Made by a program: the position numbers and the translations under genes. 36,264 nucleotides of DNA from Candidatus Methylomirabilia bacterium (GTDB taxonomy: Bacteria > Methylomirabilota > Methylomirabilia > Methylomirabilales > 2-02-FULL-66-22), in the NCBI GenBank assembly GCA_041489335.1, contig JBGPQZ010000002.1, positions 1 through 36,264 on the forward strand, in the 5' to 3' direction. Below the pieces are notes generated by a model. It was not told the origin of the DNA. It saw only the letters and a program-made list of their open reading frames with translations, and searched no databases. Positions 1-8,844 of this stretch are shown here, in pieces. Position 1 is the first letter of the stretch. Each line of letters starts with the position of its first letter.

Positions 1-185
1 CAGAGATTGGTCAGCGGCAGGAACACCTTGCGGGAATAGGTGATGACCCTGCCCTTGCCCCGATCGCGCAGCCTGGCGGCTGCCTCCAAGAGAGGACCCA
101 AGGGCGTCGATGGATCAAGCAACCGTATCGCCGCCCCACGAGCAAGCCCCCGCCCCTCGGCAGCCGCCTCCAGTATGTCTGCCAC
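1..185 (-). CDS. cofG: FO synthase CofG / FbiC-N-type radical SAM protein, 5' portion only (continues past the left edge)
   Basis: A minus-strand frame open to position 1 reads VADILEAAAEGRGLARGAAIRLLD...LRDRGKGRVITYSRKVFLPLTNL. The (V/I)TYSRKVFIPLTxLC block that precedes the CxxxCxxC cluster is characteristic of CofG/FbiC-N. It is absent from the ORF track because there is no stop in the window. The GTG start at 185 is a guess; the frame stays open further upstream. Confidence 0.55.
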   Translation of the reverse strand, partial: MADILEAAAEGRGLARGAAIRLLDPSTPLGPLLEAAARLRDRGKGRVITYSRKVFLPLTNL

Positions 186-402
186 CCGACAATCCCCGAG
201 GCATGTGGACGGGGGAGACACTCTACGCTCACCTACCCAGGGCAATTGCGCTCTTCCGGGACACGTGAACAATGCGCAGGGCTGGTACCTCGTAATGCCA
301 GCTGTTCAACGCGAAAATCCCGCCTGCAGCCATTGGCCCATGGGCTTACTCAGGAGCTCGCTGACCGATGACTCTAATGGCTGACGGCTGACGGCCGCTC
401 GC

Positions 403-2991
403 TCAGTGCGTCACCCAGGCCTCCTCGGCCTGGAGCGCCCGCACGCGGGCGGGAATCACGACGCGGTAGACCGCCTCGGGAGGGCGCGGCGTCCCCTCGA
501 CCTCGAGCAGGGCGGAAACGGGGATGCCGAAGAGGCGCGCGTTCTCTTCCAGGAGCGGCCGGATCAGCGCCCAGTGCGCGGCCTCGAACAGGCCGAACTG
601 GCCGCCGTTCAGCTGGTCCTCGCCGACCTTCCCGTGCGGGTCCCGCACGAAGACGGCGCCCCCCGAGGCCAGCGAGAAGAGATTGCCGCCGGGGTACGGG
701 GCGTCGAGCTCCCGCAGGCGGCCGTCGGGGCCGAACCGCACCCCGTTCAGGATCACGAACCCGCCGCCTTGCATCAGGTCGCCGGCCATGAAGCTCTCGG
801 CCAGGTAGTCCAGGCAGGTGCCGTTGATGACCACCCGGGGGCTGCCCACGGCGTTGATGAGCGGCCGCCCCGCGGCGTTGCCCAGGACGAACACCTCCCC
901 GCCCTTGGCGGCGTACATGAAGGTCTGGCCGACGTCGCCGTGGACCACCAGCCGCCCCGCCTTCATGATCTGCGCGAGCTGGTCCTGCGCGTTGCCGTGG
1001 ACCGTGACCTCGGCCCCGTCGATCCCCGACGCCAGGTAGTCGCCGGAGGAGCCGTACACGTCGATCGCGACGCCGCCGCTCGACGGCCCCAGCCCCGCCC
1101 CGATGAAGCGGTGGCCCTGGGCCCAGGCCACGACCAGCCGGCGAAAGCCGGCCTGGACCAGGCGCACCAGCTCCCGGGCCAGCGAGGTCGGCCCTTCCGG
1201 GGGGAAGCCCCGGGCGTCCACCACCACGGCCTGGTCCGCCCGGCGTAAGGTCGGCAGGTCGCGGCCTTCCTCGTGGAAGACGAACCCGTCGGAGGGGTCG
1301 CGCCGGATCGCGTCGAAGACCGCGCGCAGCCCCTCGTCGAAGAGGGAGAGGACCGAGCTGCGGCGGAGGCCTCCCGTGGAATAGCGCCGGTCGATCAGCA
1401 GGGTGAGCGCGTCCAGGACCCGAAGCCGCGCCTCGTCCGCCTCCAGCCGCGCCGTGAGGGCGTCGCGGAAGGCTAGCAGCTCCTCGTAGGTCCAGCGCGG
1501 CAGCGCGGTCACGGCGCGGGCGAAGAGCTCCGGCCCGCTGCCGCCCGCTGCCTCCGCGTTGGCGGGGGTCGGGGCGGCCGCGGCCGGACGGGAGTACGGC
1601 CGCGCCGACTCCTCGATCGGGACCGCCCGGCCGAACTTGTCCGTGCAGACGAGCCGCGCCGCGCCCGAGGGCGCCCGCGTCACGCTGAAGGCGAAGGCGC
1701 CGCCGTCGGTGTGGCTGCCGCCGCGCGCGTTCCAGACCCGGTCCGCCCGCGGCCAGAAGCGGTCATCCTCGGCCGCCAGGCTCTCCAGCGCGGCGTCGAT
1801 CGCCTGCTTCTCCGAGGCGGCGAAGCCGATGGCCGGCCGGCCGGGTCCCCCGTCCTGCAGGGCGAAGACCTGCGGGCGCAGCATGCTGGTGTCCGTGATG
1901 CCGATGAGGCGCGCCACGCGCGGCCCGTCACCGCCTGCCGCCGACTGGGCGATGAGGAAGAACCAGGGGCCGTCGGGCGAGCCGTGCATGTGCACCGTCT
2001 GGAGCATCCGGTAGAGCTCCTGCTTCTCCGGCGGCAGCATGGCGAAGTCCCGCTCGGTGGTGGGGGCCAGCGCCTCGATGACGTACTCCAGGGGGTAGCC
2101 GTAGGTCCGCTGCAGGAGGTCGAACATCAGGACCGACACCTCGGTGTCGGTGAGGAACAGCGGCTGGATCTGCCGCTGCGCCAGGTAGGTGCAGACCGAG
2201 GCGTAGTTGGCGAAGTCCCCGTTGTGCACCAGCGCCTCGTGCAGCCCCACGAAGGGGTGCGCGCCCCCCGGGTGCCAGACGCGCCCCTTCGTCGGGTAAC
2301 GGTGGTGCCCGATCCAGACCCGGGCGTGGACGTCGCCCAAGTCATAGGCCCGGACCACGTCGTCCCCGTACCCGACCATCTTGAGGACGAGGAGATCCTT
2401 GCCGTGCGAGAGGACGAAGGCCCGCTTCTCCCCCACCGAGCTGTACCAGGCCTGGTTCAGCCGGAAGCTGTTCTGGTAGACCAGCTCGTCCTCGGCGACC
2501 GCCTCCGGGAGATGAGCCAGCCCCCGCTCGGCCGCGAAGGCGCGGGCCGCCTCCGGCCGGACCCGCACGAAGTAGGCCACCACCTCCGGCGGCCGCACCG
2601 TGAGATCGGAGACGTCCTTCAGGGGAAACTCCACCACATGGTCCACCTGGAAGGCCGGCCTCACGTGCGCTCGCTCCACGGCGGCCCGGGCGGCGGGATC
2701 CAGGTAGGCAATGGCGAGTAGGTAATCGTCGCGCAACGTGGCCTCGCTCACGCCGAACTCCTGCGGCAGCAGACCCACCAGGGCCACGCCCCCGCCCTTG
2801 CCGTTGCCGCGGTTCTTCATCTGGGCCAGCGCGCGTAGGAGGTGCCGGCCGGCGATGGGATCGCTGCAGGCGAGCCCGATGACGCCGCAGCCCCCCTCGG
2901 CCTCGGCCGGTCGCCGCGGGATCGCCGGTCGCCCCCCGGAAAGCGCCGCGCGGGATGCGATCAGACGCTCGATCACTGCTGGCTCGTGCAT
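403..2991 (-). CDS. Fusion of a class-II (Ntn) glutamine amidotransferase and a GXGXG domain; glutamate-synthase-like (GltB domains 1+3, archaeal split type)
   Basis: 862-aa ORF. The N-terminus has GGCGVIGL (candidate Ntn Cys at residue 35), GHHRYPTKG and VHNGDFANY. The C-terminus has VHGNAQDQLAQIMKAGRLVVHGDVGQTFMYAAKGGEVFVLGNAAGRPL, the GXGXG beta-helix repeats. The ATG at 2991 overlaps the upstream gene by 19 nt. Confidence 0.9.
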   Translation of the reverse strand: MHEPAVIERLIASRAALSGGRPAIPRRPAEAEGGCGVIGLACSDPIAGRHLLRALAQMKNRGNGKGGGVALVGLLPQEFGVSEATLRDDYLLAIAYLDPAARAAVERAHVRPAFQVDHVVEFPLKDVSDLTVRPPEVVAYFVRVRPEAARAFAAERGLAHLPEAVAEDELVYQNSFRLNQAWYSSVGEKRAFVLSHGKDLLVLKMVGYGDDVVRAYDLGDVHARVWIGHHRYPTKGRVWHPGGAHPFVGLHEALVHNGDFANYASVCTYLAQRQIQPLFLTDTEVSVLMFDLLQRTYGYPLEYVIEALAPTTERDFAMLPPEKQELYRMLQTVHMHGSPDGPWFFLIAQSAAGGDGPRVARLIGITDTSMLRPQVFALQDGGPGRPAIGFAASEKQAIDAALESLAAEDDRFWPRADRVWNARGGSHTDGGAFAFSVTRAPSGAARLVCTDKFGRAVPIEESARPYSRPAAAAPTPANAEAAGGSGPELFARAVTALPRWTYEELLAFRDALTARLEADEARLRVLDALTLLIDRRYSTGGLRRSSVLSLFDEGLRAVFDAIRRDPSDGFVFHEEGRDLPTLRRADQAVVVDARGFPPEGPTSLARELVRLVQAGFRRLVVAWAQGHRFIGAGLGPSSGGVAIDVYGSSGDYLASGIDGAEVTVHGNAQDQLAQIMKAGRLVVHGDVGQTFMYAAKGGEVFVLGNAAGRPLINAVGSPRVVINGTCLDYLAESFMAGDLMQGGGFVILNGVRFGPDGRLRELDAPYPGGNLFSLASGGAVFVRDPHGKVGEDQLNGGQFGLFEAAHWALIRPLLEENARLFGIPVSALLEVEGTPRPPEAVYRVVIPARVRALQAEEAWVTH

Positions 2992-4328
2992 GGAGCCCCT
3001 CCGACCGCCGGCCGCGATGCGTCATTTTGCTGGTACGTCAGGAGATCCGTCCGGCCCCGGAGCGCACGCACGCTCGTGAGGCCCAGGCGCCGCAGGAGAC
3101 TCCGCAGCTCGGTCTGGAAGGCCGTGTACAGGTTGCCGAGCCGCTCCGCCGCCCAGGCCGGATCGATCAAGAGCGAGAGCTCCGGGTCGGTGGTGGTCAG
3201 GCCGTAGGCGCAGCCGCGGCCCCGCTCGCAGTTCGCGCAGCGGGTGCAGCCCAGGACCACCAGCTCCACCGTCCCCAGGACGACCCCGTCCGCCCCCAGG
3301 GCGATGGCCTTGGCCACGTCGTGGGCGCTGCGGATCCCGCCGCTGGCGATGACCGTGAGCTCGTCCCGGATCCCCTCCGCCGCGAGATACCGGTGCACCT
3401 TGGGGATGGCGTACTCCACCGGCATGGCAATGTCCTTCTTGGCCACCTCCGGCGCGGCCCCCGTCCCGCCGTACGAGCCGTCGATCTGCAGGATGTGGGC
3501 GCCGGCGTGGTAGCTCCCCACCGCCACCATGTCCACGTCCGTCGGCGTGGAGACCTTCACCGAGACCAGGGCGCGGGGGTTCACCGTCTTGATCCAGTCC
3601 ACGTGCTTCCGGTGGTCCTCCACCGAGTAGACGCTGTGGAAGGGGAACGGTGAGAAGAGGCTCACCCAGGGGACCGCCTCGCGCATCTTGGCCACGGCCA
3701 CGGTGGTCTTGTCCCCCAGGAGGTGTCCGCCCAGACCGGGCTTCGCCCCCTGCGCGTACTTGAACTCCACCACGCGCGCCAACTGAATGGTCTCCTCCCG
3801 CACCCCGAACATCCCCGTGGCCACCTGCGTGATGACGTGATCGTGGTAGGGGCGCAGCGCGTCCGGGTAGCCCCCCTCGCCGGTGCAGGTGAAGGTGTTC
3901 CACTCCCGGGCCGTCATGGCGCGGGCCAGCATGACCTGCTCGCTCACCGAGCCGAACGACATCCCCGCGCCGTACCACGGGACGGGGATCTCGATCCGCG
4001 GGTCGTAGGGGCGGCGGTTCAGCGGGATCGAGAGGTCGATGGGCGTCTCTGCCGGGAGCCATTCGGCCTCGGGCAGGAGGCGGAATCCGAGCCGGTCGAA
4101 GCCGCCGCCGGAATCCCCGACCCGATGCTCCCAGCGCCCGTCGGGAGGCTGGCCGGTCTCGGCCATGAGCCAGGTGGCGAGGATGAGGTCGGCGGTCCAG
4201 CGCCGGTCCCCCAGCGCGGGCGGGGGCTCGGCCATCCGGGGCCGGAGCCGCAGGCCCTCGCGGATCGCCGTGGTGTGGCGTTCCGTGTTCAGCTCGAGGA
4301 CGGTCGGCTGGCGGCCTGGCGCGCTCAT
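2973..4328 (-). CDS. FMN-binding glutamate synthase family protein (GltB domain 2-like)
   Basis: Motifs EFKYAQGAKPGLGGHLLG, QIDGSYGGTGAAP and VIASGGIRSAHDVAKAIALGADGVVLGT, plus a C-terminal Cys cluster CTRCANCERGRGC. I place the start at the ATG at 4328 (MSAPGRQ), 1 nt after the stop of the upstream gene. The 570-aa track ORF extends spuriously upstream. Confidence 0.88.
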   Translation of the reverse strand: MSAPGRQPTVLELNTERHTTAIREGLRLRPRMAEPPPALGDRRWTADLILATWLMAETGQPPDGRWEHRVGDSGGGFDRLGFRLLPEAEWLPAETPIDLSIPLNRRPYDPRIEIPVPWYGAGMSFGSVSEQVMLARAMTAREWNTFTCTGEGGYPDALRPYHDHVITQVATGMFGVREETIQLARVVEFKYAQGAKPGLGGHLLGDKTTVAVAKMREAVPWVSLFSPFPFHSVYSVEDHRKHVDWIKTVNPRALVSVKVSTPTDVDMVAVGSYHAGAHILQIDGSYGGTGAAPEVAKKDIAMPVEYAIPKVHRYLAAEGIRDELTVIASGGIRSAHDVAKAIALGADGVVLGTVELVVLGCTRCANCERGRGCAYGLTTTDPELSLLIDPAWAAERLGNLYTAFQTELRSLLRRLGLTSVRALRGRTDLLTYQQNDASRPAVGGAPCTSQQ

Positions 4329-4329
4329 C

Positions 4330-5712
4330 TCACCCCTCGAATCCGGCGATGCCGGCGAATGCCTCGCGCTCCAGTTCGGCCTGGAACATGGCCCGCCCGA
4401 TCTCGCCCCGCAGGCGCCGCACCTCGCGCAGCCCCATGGCTCCCAGGATCTCCAGGAGCTGGTCGCGCCAGGCGGCGACAAGGTTTGACAGACGCTGCGC
4501 CCCCCAGGCCGGGTCGAGCCGCGGCAGGCGGATGCGGGCCGTGGCCCGCTCCAGGACCTCCCCCTCGAACCGGCCCTGCAGCGCCACCAGGGCGGCCGTG
4601 TCCAGGGCCACGGCGTCCAGGCCGCAGATGATGGCCTTGGGAACGTCGGCCGCGGTGATGATGCCTCCGCCGCCCAGGAGGACACACTCCTCGCGCAGTC
4701 CCGCCTGCACCAACGCGGTGTGGGTCTTCCGGAGGACCTCGCCCACGAAGCTCCCGCCCGCGTCCCCGTGGTAGCTCGCCGTCAGGTGGAAGAGGCGGAC
4801 GCCGCGCGCGACCAGGGGACCGAGGTCGCCGTCAGAGGGAACCCGCACGAAGACCGCAGCCGCGGGGAACCGCTCCCGGAGGGTCGCGTGGGCCGACGCG
4901 TCCCACCCCGTGAGCTCCAGCATCCGGGGCGCAGCCGGGAGATCCGCCAGCATTCTCACCTCCGACGGCGAGACGAGCGGGACGCATGAAGCGGTCGGCG
5001 AGCGCAATTCGATCAGCCGCCGTAAGGGCATGATGACCAGCGTCTCCAGCCCCCCCGCCGCCCGAGCCAGCGTCTCGTACAGGACCGGCGACTCCGCCGA
5101 CGCCGGCGGCACGTCGAAGAGGAAGGGGATCGGGAGGCTCAGGTGCTGCGGCAGCCGGCCCAGGACGGCCCCCGCGGCGTCGAAGCGGAGGTAGGCCGGC
5201 CGCTCGCCCAGGTCCACCGCGGTGGAGATGAACTCGCGGCCGTGGATCCCGTCCCGGGTGGGGCGGACGATCTCGGACATGTCGGTCCACATCCCGTCCC
5301 AGCCGGGCCCGCCGAAGGCCCCCCGGTAGCCGGCCCCCCGGACGGGAACCTGGCCGGTGGCCGCCTCTTGCAGGACCGTGTCCACCTTGTCCGGCGTGAA
5401 GTACGAGTCGCCCAGGGAGAACCGCTCGGGGTTGGGGCGGACCTCGACGAATTCGGGATACTCCATGATGCAGCGCAGGCACCCCACGCAGCACTCGGGG
5501 CGCGGCGCGAAGCCGCCCACCGGACCGGAGAACGTCCCGTACACGCACGGACGGCTGGTGACCACGGGCAGGTTCGCCCGGTAGCGGATCAGGGCGTGGA
5601 TGAGGTGGCGGGCCAGGCCCGGCCTGCCGACCCTGACGCGGAACCGATTCGGATGAGGGAAGCGATTGGGGCAGGGCTCGGTGTGGATGTGGTACCGACT
5701 GTAGGCCGTCAT
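4330..5712 (-). CDS. Glutamate synthase-related protein; second, divergent GltB-domain-2-like paralog with an N-terminal ferredoxin-type Cys motif
   Basis: 460-aa ORF with CCVGCLRC (CxxCxxC) near the N-terminus. LLGGGGIITAADVPKAIICGLDAVALDTA resembles the FMN-barrel C-terminal strand of the neighbouring subunit. It is tightly coupled to the downstream genes. Confidence 0.8.
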   Translation of the reverse strand: MTAYSRYHIHTEPCPNRFPHPNRFRVRVGRPGLARHLIHALIRYRANLPVVTSRPCVYGTFSGPVGGFAPRPECCVGCLRCIMEYPEFVEVRPNPERFSLGDSYFTPDKVDTVLQEAATGQVPVRGAGYRGAFGGPGWDGMWTDMSEIVRPTRDGIHGREFISTAVDLGERPAYLRFDAAGAVLGRLPQHLSLPIPFLFDVPPASAESPVLYETLARAAGGLETLVIMPLRRLIELRSPTASCVPLVSPSEVRMLADLPAAPRMLELTGWDASAHATLRERFPAAAVFVRVPSDGDLGPLVARGVRLFHLTASYHGDAGGSFVGEVLRKTHTALVQAGLREECVLLGGGGIITAADVPKAIICGLDAVALDTAALVALQGRFEGEVLERATARIRLPRLDPAWGAQRLSNLVAAWRDQLLEILGAMGLREVRRLRGEIGRAMFQAELEREAFAGIAGFEG

Positions 5713-5724
5713 GCGTCCCTTGCC

Positions 5725-5751
5725 GGCCCGCCCCGGACGCCGGGACGGGCC
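5725..5751 (-). repeat. GC-rich hairpin (12-bp stem, 3-nt loop) 13 nt upstream of the ATG at 5712
   Basis: GGCCCGCCCCGG-ACG-CCGGGACGGGCC. On the minus-strand transcript the single mismatch becomes G-U. There is no U tract, so it is not a canonical terminator. Confidence 0.4.
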
Positions 5752-5842
5752 TCTGAAACGGAAAGGCCTCCGGGGAGGTCGGCAGGGAAGGCAGGGCTCC
5801 CACGGCCCCTTTCCACTCCTTCCGACCGACGAGTCACAGCGC

Positions 5843-6610
5843 CTAGGAGGCCGTCCAGCCCCCGTCGATGGCGATGCTGGCTCCCGTAATGTAGCGAGAA
5901 GCGTCCGAAGCCAGGAACACCAAGGCCCCTCCGATCTCCTCAGGCTCCCCCAGGCGCGCGAGCGGAATGCGGGCCAGCACGCGCTGCTTGCGAGCGGGGT
6001 CGGCGTCGAGGCCGCCCTTGACCAGCGACGTCAGCATATAGCCCGGCGCGATGGCGTTTACCCGGATGCCGTATGGAGCCAGTTCCAGCGCCAGCCCTCT
6101 GGTGAGGAGCGCCATGGCCCCCTTGCTGGCGGCGTAGACAGCCTTCGTGGGTTCTGCGGATACGGCGGACATGGAGGACATGTTGATGATGGCCCCGCTC
6201 CGCTGGACGACCATCTGTCGCGCCACGGCGCGCGCCACCAGGAAGGCGCCCTTCACGTTGGTGTCCATGATGGCGTGGAAGTCCTCGTCCGGCATGTCCA
6301 CCACGTTCTTGCGGACGTTGGTGCCCGCGTTGTTGAACAGGATGTCGATCCGGCCGAAGGCGTCCACCGCGGCTCGCACGGCCGCCTCGACCTCGGCGCC
6401 GCTCCGGGTATCGGCGGTCGCCACGAGGGCCTTCCGGCCGAGCTTCTCGACCAGCGCCGCCGTCTCCTCGAGCTGACTCTTGGTCCGGCTCACCAGGACG
6501 AGGTGCGCGCCGGCCCCGGCAAACGCCAGCGCCCCCGCGCGCCCCAGACCCCGGCCCGCCCCGGTCACGAAGGCGATCTGCCCCACCAGGCTGAACTCCG
6601 GCAGACTCAT
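5843..6610 (-). CDS. SDR family oxidoreductase (FabG / gluconate-5-dehydrogenase-like)
   Basis: VTGAGRGLG cofactor motif, NNAG, and the YAASKGA catalytic YxxxK. 255 aa. Confidence 0.92.
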   Translation of the reverse strand: MSLPEFSLVGQIAFVTGAGRGLGRAGALAFAGAGAHLVLVSRTKSQLEETAALVEKLGRKALVATADTRSGAEVEAAVRAAVDAFGRIDILFNNAGTNVRKNVVDMPDEDFHAIMDTNVKGAFLVARAVARQMVVQRSGAIINMSSMSAVSAEPTKAVYAASKGAMALLTRGLALELAPYGIRVNAIAPGYMLTSLVKGGLDADPARKQRVLARIPLARLGEPEEIGGALVFLASDASRYITGASIAIDGGWTAS

Positions 6611-6743
6611 GATTCCAACTCCTCTCGAGCAAACCCTTGCGTCATGTCACGCCACTCTGGGATCCGATCGCGCTCCATTCTCAGCGTTGTGCCCCTCTCC
6701 GTCAAGGCATTTGGCCGCCTGCCCCGGCGGTCCGCAACGGGAC

Positions 6744-6780
6744 CGGACAATGCCCGGGCGGACACAATACCCGGGCGGAC
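6744..6780 (+). repeat. About 2.3 tandem copies of a 15-17-bp unit (CGGACA(CA)ATRCCCGGG) abutting the -35 box
   Basis: The sequence reads CGGACAATGCCCGGG CGGACACAATACCCGGG CGGAC. The 11-mer CCCGGGCGGAC occurs at 6753-6763 and 6770-6780. It lies in the divergent SDR/MaoC intergenic region. Confidence 0.5.
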
Positions 6781-6781
6781 G

Positions 6782-6810
6782 TTGACAGCAGGGAATTGCG
6801 GGTTTAGAGT
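6782..6810 (+). promoter_or_regulatory. Putative sigma70 promoter for the MaoC gene
   Basis: TTGACA (6782-6787), a 17-nt spacer, then TAGAGT (6805-6810), about 60 nt upstream of the ATG at 6871. Confidence 0.45.
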
Positions 6811-6870
6811 CCGCCTGTTTCACTCCGGGCAGTGTTCTCGAACCGCACAGAGCAGAGTGGAGGCGCAGTC

Positions 6871-7323
6871 ATGGCCACGTACTACGAAGACTTCCAGGTG
6901 GGGCAGGAGTGGACCTCGCCCTCGCGGACGATGACCGAGGCGGACGTGACGATGTTCGCGATGCTGTCGGGAGACTACGACGAGATCCACACCAGCGAGG
7001 AGTGGTGCAAGACATCCTCGGCCTACAAGACGCGCATCGCCCACGGCATGCTGGGGATGTGCATCATCGAGGGGCTGAAGAAGCGCATCCCGGACTTCGC
7101 CGGGACCCGCTACGTCGCCTCGCTGGGGTACACCTGGAAGTTCACCGGCCCCATCTTCCTCGGGGACACCGTCCACCTGAAGATCCGCATCGCCAAGCTG
7201 CGCGAGAGCCAGTCGAAGCCGGATCGGGCGATCATCTGGGAGGGCGTCCAGATGATCAACCAGCGGGGCGAGGTCGTGCAGGAGGGCGAGCACTCCCTCA
7301 TGATCTGGCGCCGGCCGAAGTAG
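6871..7323 (+). CDS. MaoC-family (hot-dog fold) dehydratase
   Basis: MATYYEDFQVGQEW...TEADVTMFAMLSGDYDEIHTSEEW...RIAHGML is the typical MaoC N-terminal pattern. A GGAGG-like RBS (GTGGAGG) sits 8 nt upstream of the ATG at 6871. The track ORF starts 39 nt earlier. Confidence 0.88.
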   Translation: MATYYEDFQVGQEWTSPSRTMTEADVTMFAMLSGDYDEIHTSEEWCKTSSAYKTRIAHGMLGMCIIEGLKKRIPDFAGTRYVASLGYTWKFTGPIFLGDTVHLKIRIAKLRESQSKPDRAIIWEGVQMINQRGEVVQEGEHSLMIWRRPK

Positions 7324-7441
7324 GCAGATCCCGACAGCGAGGCACGCGATGATCCCGCAAGAGCGCGGCGGCGGATCGGCGTCCCGCCCCGAAGACGCGC
7401 AGGCAGGCCGGGCGCCCGAGCCCGCGGGGGGCGGGACCAGG

Positions 7442-7723
7442 ATGCCCGCCCTCCTGGGGCGGATCGCCTGGCAGGACCAGTCCTATGACTGGGCGCTGGA
7501 ATTCGACGAGGCCATCAGGCGGCTGATCCTGGCGGGGGATCACGAGGCCATCGTCCATTACGACCGCTTGGGCCAGGCGGCCCGTCTCTCGGTGCCGACC
7601 AACGAGCACTTCCTGCCGCTGCTCTACATCCTCGCGCTCCAAGACGAAGGGGACGAGGTCCGCTTCTTCGCCGACAAGGTGACGCTGGGCTCGATCTCCA
7701 TGCGCTCCCTCCGCATCGGCTGA
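7442..7723 (+). pseudogene. C-terminal remnant (~90 aa) of a class III extradiol dioxygenase (YgiD / 4,5-DOPA dioxygenase family)
   Basis: YDWALEFDEAIRRLILAGDHEAIVHYDRLGQAARLSVPTNEHFLPLLYILALQDEGDEVRFF...GSISMRSLRIG matches the last third of YgiD-type proteins of roughly 260 aa. The N-terminal two thirds are absent, because MaoC ends at 7323. Confidence 0.5.
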
Positions 7724-7764
7724 GTCCCACCGTCCGGAGCGAGAGGAGGCGCCAGCCCGCCGCC

Positions 7765-8805
7765 TCAGCCGGCGACGAGCTGCACCTTGAGGCTGCGGCT
7801 CTTGTCGGCCGCCAGACGGAAGGCGGCCTCCGCCTCCTGCAGCGGATACTGCGCGGTGAGAAGCGGCGTCACGTCCACGCGTCGCTCCGTGAGATAGCGG
7901 ACTGACCAGTCGAACTCCACCCCGAAGCGGAAGGTCCCCACGTAGTCGATCTCCCGCGCCATGACCTGATTCGCCAGCAGGTGGACCCCCTCCGCGGGCA
8001 GCGTGCCGACCTGCACGATGCGCCCCCCTCGAGCGACGGTCGCGAGACAAGTGGCCACGGCCGCCGGACTGCCCGAGACCTCGAAGGCGACGTCCGCCTC
8101 GCCCACAACGCCCGCCAGGGCCTCCGCCCCGCCCGGCAGCTGATCCACGCGCAGCGTGCGGTCCGCGCCCACCGTCCTTGCGACCTCGAGCGTCCGGTCC
8201 ACGATGTCCGCCACCGTCACGGACGCGGCGCCGGCCAGCCGGGCCCCCATGACGATGAGACACCCGATGGGGCCGGCCCCCGTCACCAGCACGCTCTTGC
8301 CCAGGATGTTCCCCGCCCGGTTCACGGCGTGCAGCGCCACCGACAGCGGCTCCGCGAAGGCCAGCTCGCTCAAGCTGACCCCCGAGGCGACCGGCGTGCA
8401 CTGCCGCTCGCCCATGATGAAGGACTCGCGGAACATCCCCTGGACGTGGGGAAAGACGCTGGCGCTGCCCAGGAAGCGCATCTGGCGGCACAGGTTCTCG
8501 CGGCCGGCGCGGCAGGCCGGGCACGTCCCGCACGCGTGGGAGGGGTTGATCGCCACCTTGTCCCCCTCCTTCACCCGCGTCACGCCGGGACCCACCCTGG
8601 CCACCGTCCCGGAGATCTCATGGCCGGGAATCAACGGCTCGCGAATCACGAAGCTGCCGATGCGCCCGTGCAGGAAGTAGTGCAGATCCGAGCCGCAAAT
8701 CCCGCCCGCCCCCAGCGTGAGGAGTACTTCGCCCGCTCCCGGTTCCGGTTGGGGGACCGATTCCACGCGCAGATCCTCCGCACCATAGATCCTGCAGACT
8801 CTCAT
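7765..8805 (-). CDS. Zn-dependent MDR alcohol dehydrogenase, L-idonate 5-dehydrogenase / sorbitol dehydrogenase-like
   Basis: Motifs GICGSDLHYFLHGRIG, GHEISGTV, CGTCPACRAGRENLC and VTGAGPIGCL. I place the start at the ATG at 8805 (MRVCRIYG), with a GGAGGG RBS. The track ORF has a spurious 71-aa extension. Confidence 0.9.
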   Translation of the reverse strand: MRVCRIYGAEDLRVESVPQPEPGAGEVLLTLGAGGICGSDLHYFLHGRIGSFVIREPLIPGHEISGTVARVGPGVTRVKEGDKVAINPSHACGTCPACRAGRENLCRQMRFLGSASVFPHVQGMFRESFIMGERQCTPVASGVSLSELAFAEPLSVALHAVNRAGNILGKSVLVTGAGPIGCLIVMGARLAGAASVTVADIVDRTLEVARTVGADRTLRVDQLPGGAEALAGVVGEADVAFEVSGSPAAVATCLATVARGGRIVQVGTLPAEGVHLLANQVMAREIDYVGTFRFGVEFDWSVRYLTERRVDVTPLLTAQYPLQEAEAAFRLAADKSRSLKVQLVAG

Positions 8806-8844
8806 GACTCCCTCCGTGGCATTCTCTCGTCTCAGCCTGAATGT

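Noticed and set aside
40-384. A 114-aa plus-strand ORF at the left edge.
   Set aside because: It has no motifs, and it overlaps the minus-strand CofG-like N-terminus, which carries the diagnostic TYSRKVFLPLTNL block.
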